From an uncultured bacterium (lineage in GTDB: Bacteria > Patescibacteriota > Minisyncoccia > Phycocordibacterales > UBA9973), in the NCBI GenBank assembly GCA_903825255.1, contig CAIJZZ010000030.1, positions 20,956 through 84,955 of the forward strand: 64,000 bases of DNA, given 5' to 3'. Made by a program: the position numbers and the translations under genes. Below, one piece after another: positions 20,052-29,791 of the stretch (within the stretch, counting starts at the first letter, position 1; each line of letters opens with the position of its first letter). The notes beneath the pieces were generated by a model. It ran no database searches, was not told the DNA's origin, and saw only the letters and a list, made by a program, of their open reading frames with translations.

Positions 20052-22301
20052 ATGGATTTACCCCAAATACCTTTAAACAAAGATTTGACTTACATCGGAC
20101 TCACGACTTTTCGTGATAAAAATACTCTTTTCGGTATCAAGCGCAAAGATAGGCGTCAGCACGTATATTTACTTGGAAAGTCAGGTACTGGTAAATCAGT
20201 GTTGATGTTTAATATGGTTATTCAAAATATTATCAACGGTGAAGGTGTTTGCGTAGTTGATCCTCATGGAGAATTAGTCGAGGGAATTTTATCGGCTATA
20301 CCACCAAATCGTTTGAAGGATGTAGTATATTTTAATCCAGCTGATATTGATTATCATATTGGTTTTAATGTTTTGGAATTAATTGATCCACAATATAAAC
20401 ATTTGGTCGCCTCAGGACTCATGGGTATTTTTACGAAAATTTGGGCGAATGCTTGGAGTGCTCGTATGGAATACATTTTAAACAATGCGATTTTGGCATT
20501 ACTAGATACTCCTGGAACAACCTTGCTTGGAATTCCTCGAATGCTCGTGGACAAAGATTATCGTCAGAAAATAATTTCAAATTTAAAAGATCCAGTGATC
20601 AAGGCTTTTTGGGTGCATGAATATGAAGCTTGGCAAGATAAGTTTCGTAATGAAGCCATCGCCCCGATTCAAAATAAAGTCGGACAATTTCTTTCAACTT
20701 CCATTATTCGAAATGTTGTTGGTCAGTCAAAAAGTACGATAGATATTTTTGAAATTATGAACAGTGGAAAAATTTTTCTTGTAAACGTTTCAAAAGGGCG
20801 TATTGGTGAAGACAACTCTGCATTACTCGGAGGGATGATCATCACCAAAATTCAATTAGCAGCGATGGAACGTGTACGTATTCCTGAAGATGACCGTAAA
20901 GATTTTTATTTATATGTCGACGAATTCCAAAATTTCGTAACAGAATCTTTTGCTGGTATTTTATCTGAAGCTCGAAAATATCGTTTGAATCTTACAGTGG
21001 CGCACCAGTACACAGCCCAACTCGTTTCAGACAAAAGTTCAGCTGTGCGAGATGCAGTTTTTGGCAACGTCGGGACGATGATTGTTTTTCGAGTCGGCTC
21101 AGATGACGCAGAATTTTTAGAAAAAGAATTTGATCCAGAATTCACTCCATCGGACATTGTGAATTTACCAAACTATAAAATTTATCTAAAACTAATGATT
21201 GATGGGGTTACTTCAAGACCATTTTCTGCAAAGACGTTACCGCAGATGGTAAAATCAGGTAATATAGAAATCGAGCAAGAAGTTATTAAATCATCCCGTG
21301 CCCTTTATTGTAGATCCAGAGAAGATGTTGAACGTGAAATCAATAATTGGAGCGGAATGTCGCTTGGAGATGATATTACTAGTGCTGGTGATGTCGAAAT
21401 GTTTGCGGCAATTTGTTCTATTTGTCATAAAGAGACAAAGGTGCCATTTAAACCACAACCAGATAGACCAGTGTATTGTAAAGATTGTATTGCTAAAATG
21501 AAGACAGGAGAGTTGAAACCTCTTCGAGGCTCAATGAATCAAATTAAAGAAGATGAAATTAAATTTTTTAAACCATTAGCAGATTTGGGTATTGAATTTG
21601 AACCAAAAGAGAAACACACTGAGTCTGAAAGATATCCAGAAAGAACAAATGAAAATAAGCCGATTATGAGTAGTAATAAACCAAAAATTTTTGGAGCTCT
21701 TAAAAAAGTTTTTACCCCGTCACTCGCGAGCAACAGGGTTACACCATCATCTGCAAACAATACAGCTAATAAAAATATTCCACCTATAAATCCACAGCCG
21801 ATAAATAGGCCGAATCCTGTTTATGTAAAAAATGATTTTAAAAATCAAAATCAAAAATCAACTTTTGTAAATAAGGAAAAAACTAGAGACAACTCAGCCT
21901 TGCGAGATATTTTAAATAAGACTCTTTCTGAAAATAAAGTTTTTGAAGTCAAAAAGGAAGAACCAAAAATGGAAGAAATTAAAAAAGAGACTCCTCCACC
22001 GATCTCCTTGAGCGATTTAAAAGTTCAAAAACCAGCTAATATTTCAAATTTAAAGGATCGAGGAGCAAGTGTTGAAGATATGAGTAAATTAAAGAATTTA
22101 ATTTCAGAAACAAAAATTCCTATACCTGAACCTACTAAAGAAACTCCTGTTTTTGTTCCTGAGCCCATAAAAGAAATTCCAAAAGAAGAACCTAAAGAAG
22201 AAATAAAAAAAGAAGAAAAATCTGTTCCCATTCCTTCAGTTTCACCGTCTGGAAAGGTACGCGAAGTACCAGAAGATGTTTTAAGAAAAATTTTAGAATA
22301 A
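20052..22301 (+). CDS. TraD/VirD4/HerA-like P-loop ATPase with a CxxC-x17-CxxC domain and a low-complexity tail
   Basis: Walker A GKSGTGKS, DPHGE, Walker B LYVDEFQNF, EARKY; CSIC-x17-CKDC; P/E/K-rich C-terminus. Confidence 0.85.
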   Translation: MDLPQIPLNKDLTYIGLTTFRDKNTLFGIKRKDRRQHVYLLGKSGTGKSVLMFNMVIQNIINGEGVCVVDPHGELVEGILSAIPPNRLKDVVYFNPADIDYHIGFNVLELIDPQYKHLVASGLMGIFTKIWANAWSARMEYILNNAILALLDTPGTTLLGIPRMLVDKDYRQKIISNLKDPVIKAFWVHEYEAWQDKFRNEAIAPIQNKVGQFLSTSIIRNVVGQSKSTIDIFEIMNSGKIFLVNVSKGRIGEDNSALLGGMIITKIQLAAMERVRIPEDDRKDFYLYVDEFQNFVTESFAGILSEARKYRLNLTVAHQYTAQLVSDKSSAVRDAVFGNVGTMIVFRVGSDDAEFLEKEFDPEFTPSDIVNLPNYKIYLKLMIDGVTSRPFSAKTLPQMVKSGNIEIEQEVIKSSRALYCRSREDVEREINNWSGMSLGDDITSAGDVEMFAAICSICHKETKVPFKPQPDRPVYCKDCIAKMKTGELKPLRGSMNQIKEDEIKFFKPLADLGIEFEPKEKHTESERYPERTNENKPIMSSNKPKIFGALKKVFTPSLASNRVTPSSANNTANKNIPPINPQPINRPNPVYVKNDFKNQNQKSTFVNKEKTRDNSALRDILNKTLSENKVFEVKKEEPKMEEIKKETPPPISLSDLKVQKPANISNLKDRGASVEDMSKLKNLISETKIPIPEPTKETPVFVPEPIKEIPKEEPKEEIKKEEKSVPIPSVSPSGKVREVPEDVLRKILE
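21714..21739. repeat. Short palindromic element in the ATPase tail
   Basis: ACCCCGTCACTCGCGAGCAACAGGG, 22/25 identical to the reverse complement of 29341-29365. Confidence 0.7.
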
Positions 22302-22317
22302 CTCTATTTAAAGATTT

Positions 22318-24075
22318 ATGACAGAAAAAACAGAAACTCGGGTTTGCCAAAACTGTAAACAAAACTTCACTATAGAGTCTGAGGATTTTAGTTTTTATAA
22401 TAAAATCGGAGTACCAGCACCACTTTGGTGCCCTCGTTGTAGATTTTTACGAAAACTCACTTATTTAAATGACCGTTGTCTTTATAAAAGCAATTGTTCA
22501 AATTGTAAAGAAAATATTATTTCCAGATATCATCCAGATTCCAATGTACCAGCTTGGTGTATGAAATGTCATATTAGTGACACTTGGGATGGTAGAGATT
22601 ATGGTAGAGAATATGATTTTTCTAAAAATTTTTTTGAACAATTCAATGAGTTAAGAAGTGTTGTGCCTCAACGGGCACTTGATAAAAATGAAAGAAACGG
22701 CCCAGGTTGTGAATATTCGAATTACTGTTTTACTAGTAAAAATATTTATTTATCATATTGTGTGCATAAATCAGAAAATATTAAATACTGCAAACATACT
22801 TATTTGGATACTAAAAATTGTCTTGATTGTTTAAGGGTTAAAAAAAGTGATCGTTGTTATGAAATAGTCCAATCTAGTGATAGTTTCAGTTCTACTTTTT
22901 TAATTGAGAGCGAACAATGTATTTCATCACATTTTTTATTTGATTGTGTAAATTGTATTGATTGTTGTATGTCATCGGGACTTCGAAATAAAAGTAACGT
23001 TTTTCGAAATAAACAATATTCTAAAGAAGAATATCAAAAAGCGATTTCTGAGTTACGACTCGATACTTATTCAGGTCAAAAAATAGCCAAAGAAGAATTC
23101 GAAGAGCTGGCTCGAAATTCTATTCACCGATTTGCTCATATAAAAAATTCTATAAATTGTGCAGGTGATTTTATTGCGAATTCAAAGAATTGTGTTCATT
23201 GTTATGGTATAGAAACTGCAGAAAATTTGAAAAATTGCTTTCTTTCTATGGCACCCAATGTTCAAGATTCTCAAGATCTTATAATGACAGGAAGAGGAGA
23301 GGAGTGTTATGAAAGTACAAATGCAGGCCGAGGTATGAGCCGAGTACTTTTATCATTTAGCTGTGGTAGTGGTTGTAGAAATATACTCTATAGTGATGGT
23401 TGTCGAGGTTGTATAGATTGTTTTGGCTGCATTAGTTTAATAAATCAAAAGTATTGTATTTTAAATAAACAATATTCTAAAGAGGAATATTTTAAAACAG
23501 TTGAGGAAATAAAAAAACAAATGAACGAAGTACCCTATGTTGATAAAATCGGCAGGGTATATGGTTTTGGTGAATGTTTTCCACCAGAACTTTCTCCTTT
23601 TACATATAATGAGAGTTTTGCTTTTGAAGAACATCCTTTATCTCGCGAAGAAGCCTTGGCTAATGGCTATAAATGGAGAGAAAGGGAATCTAAGGCTTAT
23701 ACGTCTTCTATCCAAGTAAACGATATTCCTGAAAGTATACACGATGTTTCTGATTTAATTTGTGATGGAACTATTGAGTGTTTAAATAAAGGAAAAGTGG
23801 AGACTCTCTGTACTTCGGCTTTTAAAATATTACCTGATGAACTAGTTTTTTATAAACAAATGAATTTACCTATACCTAGATATTGTCCAAATTGTAGGTA
23901 TTATGATCGTATAAAATGGAGAAATCCTTTTAATTTTTATACCAGAGAATGTATGTGTGGTCTTTTAAATCATAATCATAAAGGGAAATGTTCAAATAAA
24001 TTTGAGACTATGTATGCGCCGGAAAAGCCAGAAATTATTTATTGCAAGGAGTGCTATCAGAGAGAAGTGTATTAG
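22318..24075 (+). CDS. Cys-rich multi-zinc-ribbon protein, paralog 4 (array B)
   Basis: MTEKTETRVCQNC...CKECYQREVY; lies between the two ATPases. Confidence 0.85.
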   Translation: MTEKTETRVCQNCKQNFTIESEDFSFYNKIGVPAPLWCPRCRFLRKLTYLNDRCLYKSNCSNCKENIISRYHPDSNVPAWCMKCHISDTWDGRDYGREYDFSKNFFEQFNELRSVVPQRALDKNERNGPGCEYSNYCFTSKNIYLSYCVHKSENIKYCKHTYLDTKNCLDCLRVKKSDRCYEIVQSSDSFSSTFLIESEQCISSHFLFDCVNCIDCCMSSGLRNKSNVFRNKQYSKEEYQKAISELRLDTYSGQKIAKEEFEELARNSIHRFAHIKNSINCAGDFIANSKNCVHCYGIETAENLKNCFLSMAPNVQDSQDLIMTGRGEECYESTNAGRGMSRVLLSFSCGSGCRNILYSDGCRGCIDCFGCISLINQKYCILNKQYSKEEYFKTVEEIKKQMNEVPYVDKIGRVYGFGECFPPELSPFTYNESFAFEEHPLSREEALANGYKWRERESKAYTSSIQVNDIPESIHDVSDLICDGTIECLNKGKVETLCTSAFKILPDELVFYKQMNLPIPRYCPNCRYYDRIKWRNPFNFYTRECMCGLLNHNHKGKCSNKFETMYAPEKPEIIYCKECYQREVY

Positions 24076-24116
24076 GTTGGAAATTATTGAAAAAAGTAGT
24101 AAAATAAGCATATATT

Positions 24117-25607
24117 ATGCCCAAACCAAATCGAGTTCAAATAATAAAATATGGTCCACCACCACCAGAGCTGCCTGTTTTCGGCAAAGTAAATCCAGAA
24201 GAAGCTTCTTTTATTGGACGTACAAATTATGTTGCAGCCCTAGAGGAAAAAAAATTTGTTTTCGGAATTAAGCGTGTAGACCGTCGAAGACATTTATATA
24301 TTATTGGAAAGTCAGGCGTCGGAAAGTCTAAATTACTTGAGCTTCTTATTCGTCAGGATATTCAATATGGGCATGGCCTATGTTTGATAGATCCTCACGG
24401 TGACGAATTTAAAAATATTTTAGATTTTGTTCCAAAAGAGCGCATTGAAGATGTTTGTATTATTGATCCTACGGATGTAGATTTTCCTGCATCTTTCAAT
24501 CCGTTGGCCAATGTTGACCCTGCTTTTAAATTTATTTTAACTCAAGGTTTGATTGAAGTTTTTCAAAAACAATTCGGAGCCAACTGGACTCCACGTCTCG
24601 AACACGTTTTTCGTTTTACCTGTTTAGCCTTACTCGATTATCCGCATGCCACGATGCGCGGAATGATTTCAATGTTGACGGACAGAAATTATCGACAGAA
24701 AGTCGTTGAATATATTACGGACGATATGGTGAAAAGATTCTTCGCTATTGAATTCGCGGATTGGTCTGAAAAATTTGATACTGACGCTATCATTCCACTC
24801 GTAAACAAACTAGGGCAATTTCTTTCAGATCCATTACTTCGAAATATTTTCGGACAAAAAGAAAACAAAATTGATGTTGGTAAGCTTATGAATGAGAAGA
24901 AAATAATTTTGATTAACATTTCTAAAGGCCGTCTAGGTGAAGAGAATTCTTCTTTCTTGGGTTCAATGTTTTTGACTAAAATCAAACAGGCTGGAATGGA
25001 GAGAGCAAGTCTTCCGGAGAGTGCTCGAACCGATTTTTATTTATATGTCGATGAGTTTCAAAATGTCGTGACTCAGACATTTGAAAATATTTTATCAGAA
25101 GCTCGTAAATACGGTTTAAATCTTACAGTAGCGCATCAATATGTGGGTCAAATCATCACAAAAGTGCACCAAGCTGTGCTTGGTAATTGTGGAAGTATTA
25201 TTACTTTTCGTATTGGTGGTGAAGATGCCGTAAAAATGAAACCAGAATTTGCTCCACTTTTCGATGTGAAAGATATGATTAACCTTGCGGTAGCTGAGTT
25301 TTATATCAAAATGACTATCGATGGTGAATCATATGATCCTTTTTCCGCGGAGACTTTAAGAGTTTTACCTCCGACTCATATTTCTTATCAAAAAGAAATT
25401 ATTGCAGCTTCTCATCGAAAATATACAATTTCCAAAGACGCAGCAGCTGAACTTATTGCAAAAGAAGAAGCGACAATTATCCGAAGTGCTGAAGAAAAAG
25501 CGATAATTGAAGGTAAGGGTAAAAAAAATAAAAAAGAAAATAATGAAGACGAAGAAGAGGCTACCACATCTAAAAAAGCTTCACAAGAAGCAGAGCCTAT
25601 GATATAG
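24117..25607 (+). CDS. TraD/VirD4/HerA-like P-loop ATPase (second paralog)
   Basis: GKSGVGKS, DPHGD, LYVDEFQN, EARKY. Confidence 0.85.
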   Translation: MPKPNRVQIIKYGPPPPELPVFGKVNPEEASFIGRTNYVAALEEKKFVFGIKRVDRRRHLYIIGKSGVGKSKLLELLIRQDIQYGHGLCLIDPHGDEFKNILDFVPKERIEDVCIIDPTDVDFPASFNPLANVDPAFKFILTQGLIEVFQKQFGANWTPRLEHVFRFTCLALLDYPHATMRGMISMLTDRNYRQKVVEYITDDMVKRFFAIEFADWSEKFDTDAIIPLVNKLGQFLSDPLLRNIFGQKENKIDVGKLMNEKKIILINISKGRLGEENSSFLGSMFLTKIKQAGMERASLPESARTDFYLYVDEFQNVVTQTFENILSEARKYGLNLTVAHQYVGQIITKVHQAVLGNCGSIITFRIGGEDAVKMKPEFAPLFDVKDMINLAVAEFYIKMTIDGESYDPFSAETLRVLPPTHISYQKEIIAASHRKYTISKDAAAELIAKEEATIIRSAEEKAIIEGKGKKNKKENNEDEEEATTSKKASQEAEPMI

Positions 25608-25622
25608 TCTTCAAATAAATTT

Positions 25623-26279
25623 ATGCAAAAAGACTACTACAAAACATTAGGGGTTGAGAAAGGCGCTTCAAAGGATGAAATCAAGAAGGCTTTTTATAAG
25701 TTGGCTCATAAACATCATCCAGATAAAAAAGGCGGTGATGAAAAGAAATTTAAAGAAGTAAACGAGGCTTATCAAGTTCTTTCAGATGACGCTAAACGTT
25801 CAAAATATGACCAATTTGGCTCTGGTTATGAGAATATGGCTGGTGGAGGCGGAAATTATGGAGCTTATCAACAAGGTGGTTTTGGAGGTTTTGATTTTTC
25901 TGGCTTTCAACAAGGTGGCGGGCAAGAGTTTGATTTTGGGAATTTAAATGATATTTTTAGTGATTTTTTTGGTGGTGGAGGAGGTTTTTATGCACGTACT
26001 CCTCATGGACGGGATATGCAGACTGAAATACAAATTTCTTTAACTGATTCTATTTTAGGTGTAGAAAAAAAGTTAGTGATCGGTGGGAATAAAGAATTAA
26101 AAATAAAAATTCCAGCAGGAATTCAAAATGGTCAAACTTTAAAAATGACCGGAGAGGGTGAACAAATAAAAAATGGTAAAGCGGGGGATTTGTATATAAA
26201 GATTAATATAAAAATATCAAGTAAGCTTTCTAAGCGCGCCCGCGAGCTCCTAGAAGAACTTAAAAAAGAAGGAATTTAA
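25623..26279 (+). CDS. dnaJ: Compact DnaJ-family co-chaperone (J domain, G/F region, single C-terminal domain, no Zn finger)
   Basis: DYYKTLGV...HPD, G/F-rich linker with [14 protein letters not shown]...GDLY. Confidence 0.85.
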   Translation: MQKDYYKTLGVEKGASKDEIKKAFYKLAHKHHPDKKGGDEKKFKEVNEAYQVLSDDAKRSKYDQFGSGYENMAGGGGNYGAYQQGGFGGFDFSGFQQGGGQEFDFGNLNDIFSDFFGGGGGFYARTPHGRDMQTEIQISLTDSILGVEKKLVIGGNKELKIKIPAGIQNGQTLKMTGEGEQIKNGKAGDLYIKINIKISSKLSKRARELLEELKKEGI

Positions 26280-26284
26280 TTTTT

Positions 26285-26884
26285 ATGATATCTTCACAAT
26301 TTATATATCTTGTAATACTTTCAACTATAGTTGGATATTATTTTTATTTTAAAGATTTTCTTTTTGGTAAAACTAGACCCAATTTAGTCTCTTGGTTTAT
26401 TTGGATGTTAGCACCTTTTATCGGAGTTTATTTTCAATTAAAAGCGGGAGCAGGACTTTCTGTATTACCTGTATTTATTGCAGGCTTTGGTCCACTTTTA
26501 GTATTAATTTTTTCTTTGTTTAGAAAAAATGGATATTGGAAACTTACGATGTTTGATTTAATCTGTGGATTATTATCATTAATGGCACTTACTGTTTATA
26601 TTCTAACTAGAAATTTAGGGGCCTCAATAATTTTTGCTATTTTGAGTGATGGCTTAGCTGCTTTTCCAACTATTATAAAATCATGGAAATTTCCAGAAAC
26701 AGAGACAGGAATTTTATATTTTTCAGGAATTATAAATAATATTATAGGATTACTGATTATAAAAGAATGGATTTTTTCAATCTATTCTTTCGGTATTTAT
26801 TTTATAATAGTAAATACAGTATTAGTATTTTGTATTTATCGAAAAAGAATTTCTGGATTTTTTGGTAAAAAATGCTATATTTAG
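26285..26884 (+). CDS. Multi-pass membrane protein of unknown function
   Basis: About 6-7 hydrophobic segments; G.TRPN..SW and PTI.KSW..PETE repeats, PQ-loop-like. Confidence 0.65.
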   Translation: MISSQFIYLVILSTIVGYYFYFKDFLFGKTRPNLVSWFIWMLAPFIGVYFQLKAGAGLSVLPVFIAGFGPLLVLIFSLFRKNGYWKLTMFDLICGLLSLMALTVYILTRNLGASIIFAILSDGLAAFPTIIKSWKFPETETGILYFSGIINNIIGLLIIKEWIFSIYSFGIYFIIVNTVLVFCIYRKRISGFFGKKCYI

Positions 26885-26887
26885 GCT

Positions 26888-27748
26888 ATGTTAAAAAATA
26901 AATTTGTGACAGTTGGAGCTGTGCAAAATGCAGTCTCTACTAATCAAGAAAACAATTTAAAAAAAACGGCTAAACTTGTTGAGCAGGCAGCTAAAAAAGG
27001 TTCCCAAATTATTTGTTTACAGGAGCTTTATAAGACTCGTTATTTTCCACAATATCCAAAATTAGAAAAAAAACAATTTTCTGAAACTATTCCTGGTGAA
27101 TCAACTAAGGTTTTTGCAGAAATTGCGAAGAAATATAAAGTGGTGATAATCGTACCGATATTTGAACGAGATGCAGAAGGTAAATATCATAATTCTGCTG
27201 TAGTTATTGATGCAAACGGAAAATTATTGTCGACGTATCGAAAGATTCATATTCCACAAGACCCACTTTTTTATGAAAAAAATTATTTTGAAGAAGGGGA
27301 CACTGGTTATAAAATATATAAAACAAAATATGGCACTTTTGCCGTGTTAATTTGCTATGACCAGTGGTTTCCAGAAGCAGCTAGGGCTGTGAAGCTTGCT
27401 GGGGCAGATATTGTTTTTTATCCTACAGCCATTGGCACCATTTCTGGAGAGAAGCAATCTGAGGGTGATTGGCATGATGCTTGGGAGACAATTATGCGCG
27501 CGCACTCTATAGCGAATAGTTTATACGTGGTAGCGGTGAATCGTGTAGGTATTGAAGAAAAATTGAATTTTTGGGGGCAGTCCTTTATTTGCGATGCATT
27601 CGGGAAAGTAATCAAAAGAGCTTCTAAAAATAAAGATGAAATTATAATGTCCAAAATTGATTTAGCTAAGAATAAAATAATAACCGACGAATGGGGTTTT
27701 ATGCGCAATCGTCGTACGGATACTTATGGATCTCTTGGTGTAAAATAA
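26888..27748 (+). CDS. aguB: N-carbamoylputrescine amidase (C-N hydrolase)
   Basis: E-K-C triad motifs LQEL, YRKIHIP, ICYDQWFPE; adjacent to agmatine deiminase. Confidence 0.85.
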   Translation: MLKNKFVTVGAVQNAVSTNQENNLKKTAKLVEQAAKKGSQIICLQELYKTRYFPQYPKLEKKQFSETIPGESTKVFAEIAKKYKVVIIVPIFERDAEGKYHNSAVVIDANGKLLSTYRKIHIPQDPLFYEKNYFEEGDTGYKIYKTKYGTFAVLICYDQWFPEAARAVKLAGADIVFYPTAIGTISGEKQSEGDWHDAWETIMRAHSIANSLYVVAVNRVGIEEKLNFWGQSFICDAFGKVIKRASKNKDEIIMSKIDLAKNKIITDEWGFMRNRRTDTYGSLGVK

Positions 27749-27749
27749 T

Positions 27750-28799
27750 ATGTCAGAAGAAGATTTAAAAGAAAATAATTTTCGAATGCCGGCTGAATGG
27801 GAAGAACATGAGGCTACTTGGCTTGCTTGGCCGAATGACCCTGATTATTTCGGGGAGAGAATAAAAAATATCGAAAAAATATATTTACAAATGATTTTTG
27901 CTTTACATAAGGACGAAAGAGTAAAGCTTTTGGTTTTAAATGAAGAGATGGAGATTAGGGTAAAAAAAATGATCAGTGATTTTGGTGTTGATTTATCCAG
28001 GGTTATTTTTTACCAAACAGAGTACGTGGACGTTTGGGTCCGAGATTATGGACCGACTTATGTTAAAAATATGAATAAAAAGGCCTGGGTTAAGTGGCAT
28101 TATGACGCTTATGGAAAAAAATTTCCAGAATTATTTAAAGACAATGAAATATTTTTGAATTTAAAAGAAATGGTTGGTTTTGAAATGTTTTCAGTTGATT
28201 TAGCAATGGAAGGTGGAGCAATTGATTCAAACGGACTAGGAATTATTTTAACCACTGAAGAATGTTTAATAAAAAATCGTAATTTAAAAAAAGGTAAAGA
28301 ATATACGGAAAATATTTTTAAAAAATATCTTGGAGCTCAAAAAATTATTTGGTTAAAGAATGGATTATTGAATGATCATACGGATGGGCATATTGATGAA
28401 GTCGCACGATTTATTGGTCCATCAAAAATAGTTTGTGCTTATGAGGATGATAAGAATGATGAAAATTATACTAGATTATCTGAAGATTATGAGATTTTAA
28501 AAAATGCTATTGATCAGGATGGTAATACTTTTGAAGTTATTAAGTTACCAATGCCCCATATGTATTTTGATGAAGGTGATAAAGAGTTTAATGGTAAAAA
28601 GGCACCTGTTTCCTATGCAAATTTTTATATTGGAAATGAAACTGTTTTAATGTCTTTATATGGTGACGAGAATGATGCTAGGGCTTTATCTATAATTCAA
28701 TCTTGTTTTCCTGATAAAAAAGTCATAGGCATAGATTGTCGAGATCTTGTCTATGGTGGTGGGGCGATTCATTGTATTACTCAACAAGAACAAAAATAA
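27750..28799 (+). CDS. aguA: Agmatine deiminase
   Basis: RMPAEWE, WVRDYGP, EGG, DHTDGHID, GGGAIHCITQQ. Confidence 0.92.
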   Translation: MSEEDLKENNFRMPAEWEEHEATWLAWPNDPDYFGERIKNIEKIYLQMIFALHKDERVKLLVLNEEMEIRVKKMISDFGVDLSRVIFYQTEYVDVWVRDYGPTYVKNMNKKAWVKWHYDAYGKKFPELFKDNEIFLNLKEMVGFEMFSVDLAMEGGAIDSNGLGIILTTEECLIKNRNLKKGKEYTENIFKKYLGAQKIIWLKNGLLNDHTDGHIDEVARFIGPSKIVCAYEDDKNDENYTRLSEDYEILKNAIDQDGNTFEVIKLPMPHMYFDEGDKEFNGKKAPVSYANFYIGNETVLMSLYGDENDARALSIIQSCFPDKKVIGIDCRDLVYGGGAIHCITQQEQK

Positions 28800-28811
28800 T
28801 TTTTTATATAT

Positions 28812-29789
28812 ATGCAAACCAAAACAGCTGAATTTGTGAGTCCAGGTCATCCAGACAAAATCTGTGATTTTATTGCAGATTCTATTTTAGATGCTTATTT
28901 GGCGGAAGATAAAGAAAGTCGAGTCGCTATTGAAGTGATGGGTGGACATAAGTTGATTACGATCAACGGAGAAGTGACGAGTACAAGTAAACCGAGCCTA
29001 GAATTTATAGTAAAAAAGATAGTTGGAGAAGATTATAAAATAGTTGTGAATATTGCTGAGCAAAGTCAGAGTATCGCGCAAGGAGTAGATACTGGAGGTG
29101 CTGGTGATCAAGGCATAATGAAAGGCTATGCAATAGCAGAGACAGAGACGATGATGCCCCGTGAATACGAATTAGCACGAGATTTATGTCAGAAAATTTA
29201 TGCGAAATATCCATATGATGGAAAAACACAAGTAACTATAGAAGGAAATAAAATAAAAACAGTGGTCGCTAGTTTTCAAAATACTAAAAATATAGAATTA
29301 TTGGAATTAGTAAAAAGTATAATTACGCAGTCTGAGATCGCCCTGTCGCTCTCGAGCGACGGGGTTCAATATTTAATTAATCCGGCAGGTGAGTGGACGC
29401 AAGGAGGTTTTGAAGCAGACGCAGGCTTGTCTGGTCGCAAATTAATTGTGGACAATTATGGACCAGAAATTCCGATCGGTGGTGGTTCTTTTTCTGGAAA
29501 AGATTATACAAAAGTTGATCGTAGCGGAGCGTATGTCGCTCGTAAAATTGCAGTTGATTATATAAAAAGTGGTAAAGCCAAAGAAGTATTTGTGAAGTTG
29601 GCCTATGCGATAGGAAAATCAGAACCTGTAATGGCCGTGGCTATTCTAGATGGTAAAGAAAAAAAAATTGAAGGTTATGATTTGAGTCCAACTGGTATCA
29701 GAAAATTACTAAATCTAGACCAAGTTCAATTTGCCAAAACTTGTCAGTGGGGCCACTTCGGCCATTCTGAATTTCCTTGGGAAAAATAA
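28812..29789 (+). CDS. metK: S-adenosylmethionine synthetase (compact)
   Basis: EFVSPGHPDKICD, GAGDQG, GRKLIVDNYG, GGGSFSGKD.TKVDRS. Confidence 0.95.
   Translation: MQTKTAEFVSPGHPDKICDFIADSILDAYLAEDKESRVAIEVMGGHKLITINGEVTSTSKPSLEFIVKKIVGEDYKIVVNIAEQSQSIAQGVDTGGAGDQGIMKGYAIAETETMMPREYELARDLCQKIYAKYPYDGKTQVTIEGNKIKTVVASFQNTKNIELLELVKSIITQSEIALSLSSDGVQYLINPAGEWTQGGFEADAGLSGRKLIVDNYGPEIPIGGGSFSGKDYTKVDRSGAYVARKIAVDYIKSGKAKEVFVKLAYAIGKSEPVMAVAILDGKEKKIEGYDLSPTGIRKLLNLDQVQFAKTCQWGHFGHSEFPWEK
29341..29365. repeat. Short GC-rich palindromic element inside metK
   Basis: CCCTGTCGCTC-TC-GAGCGACGGGG hairpin, in frame (..ALSLSSDGV..). Confidence 0.7.
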
Positions 29790-29791
29790 AT

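Noticed and set aside
20052-25607. Conjugative element or ICE
   Set aside because: No relaxase, integrase, VirB structural genes or att repeats; the genes are embedded between dnaK and dnaJ.
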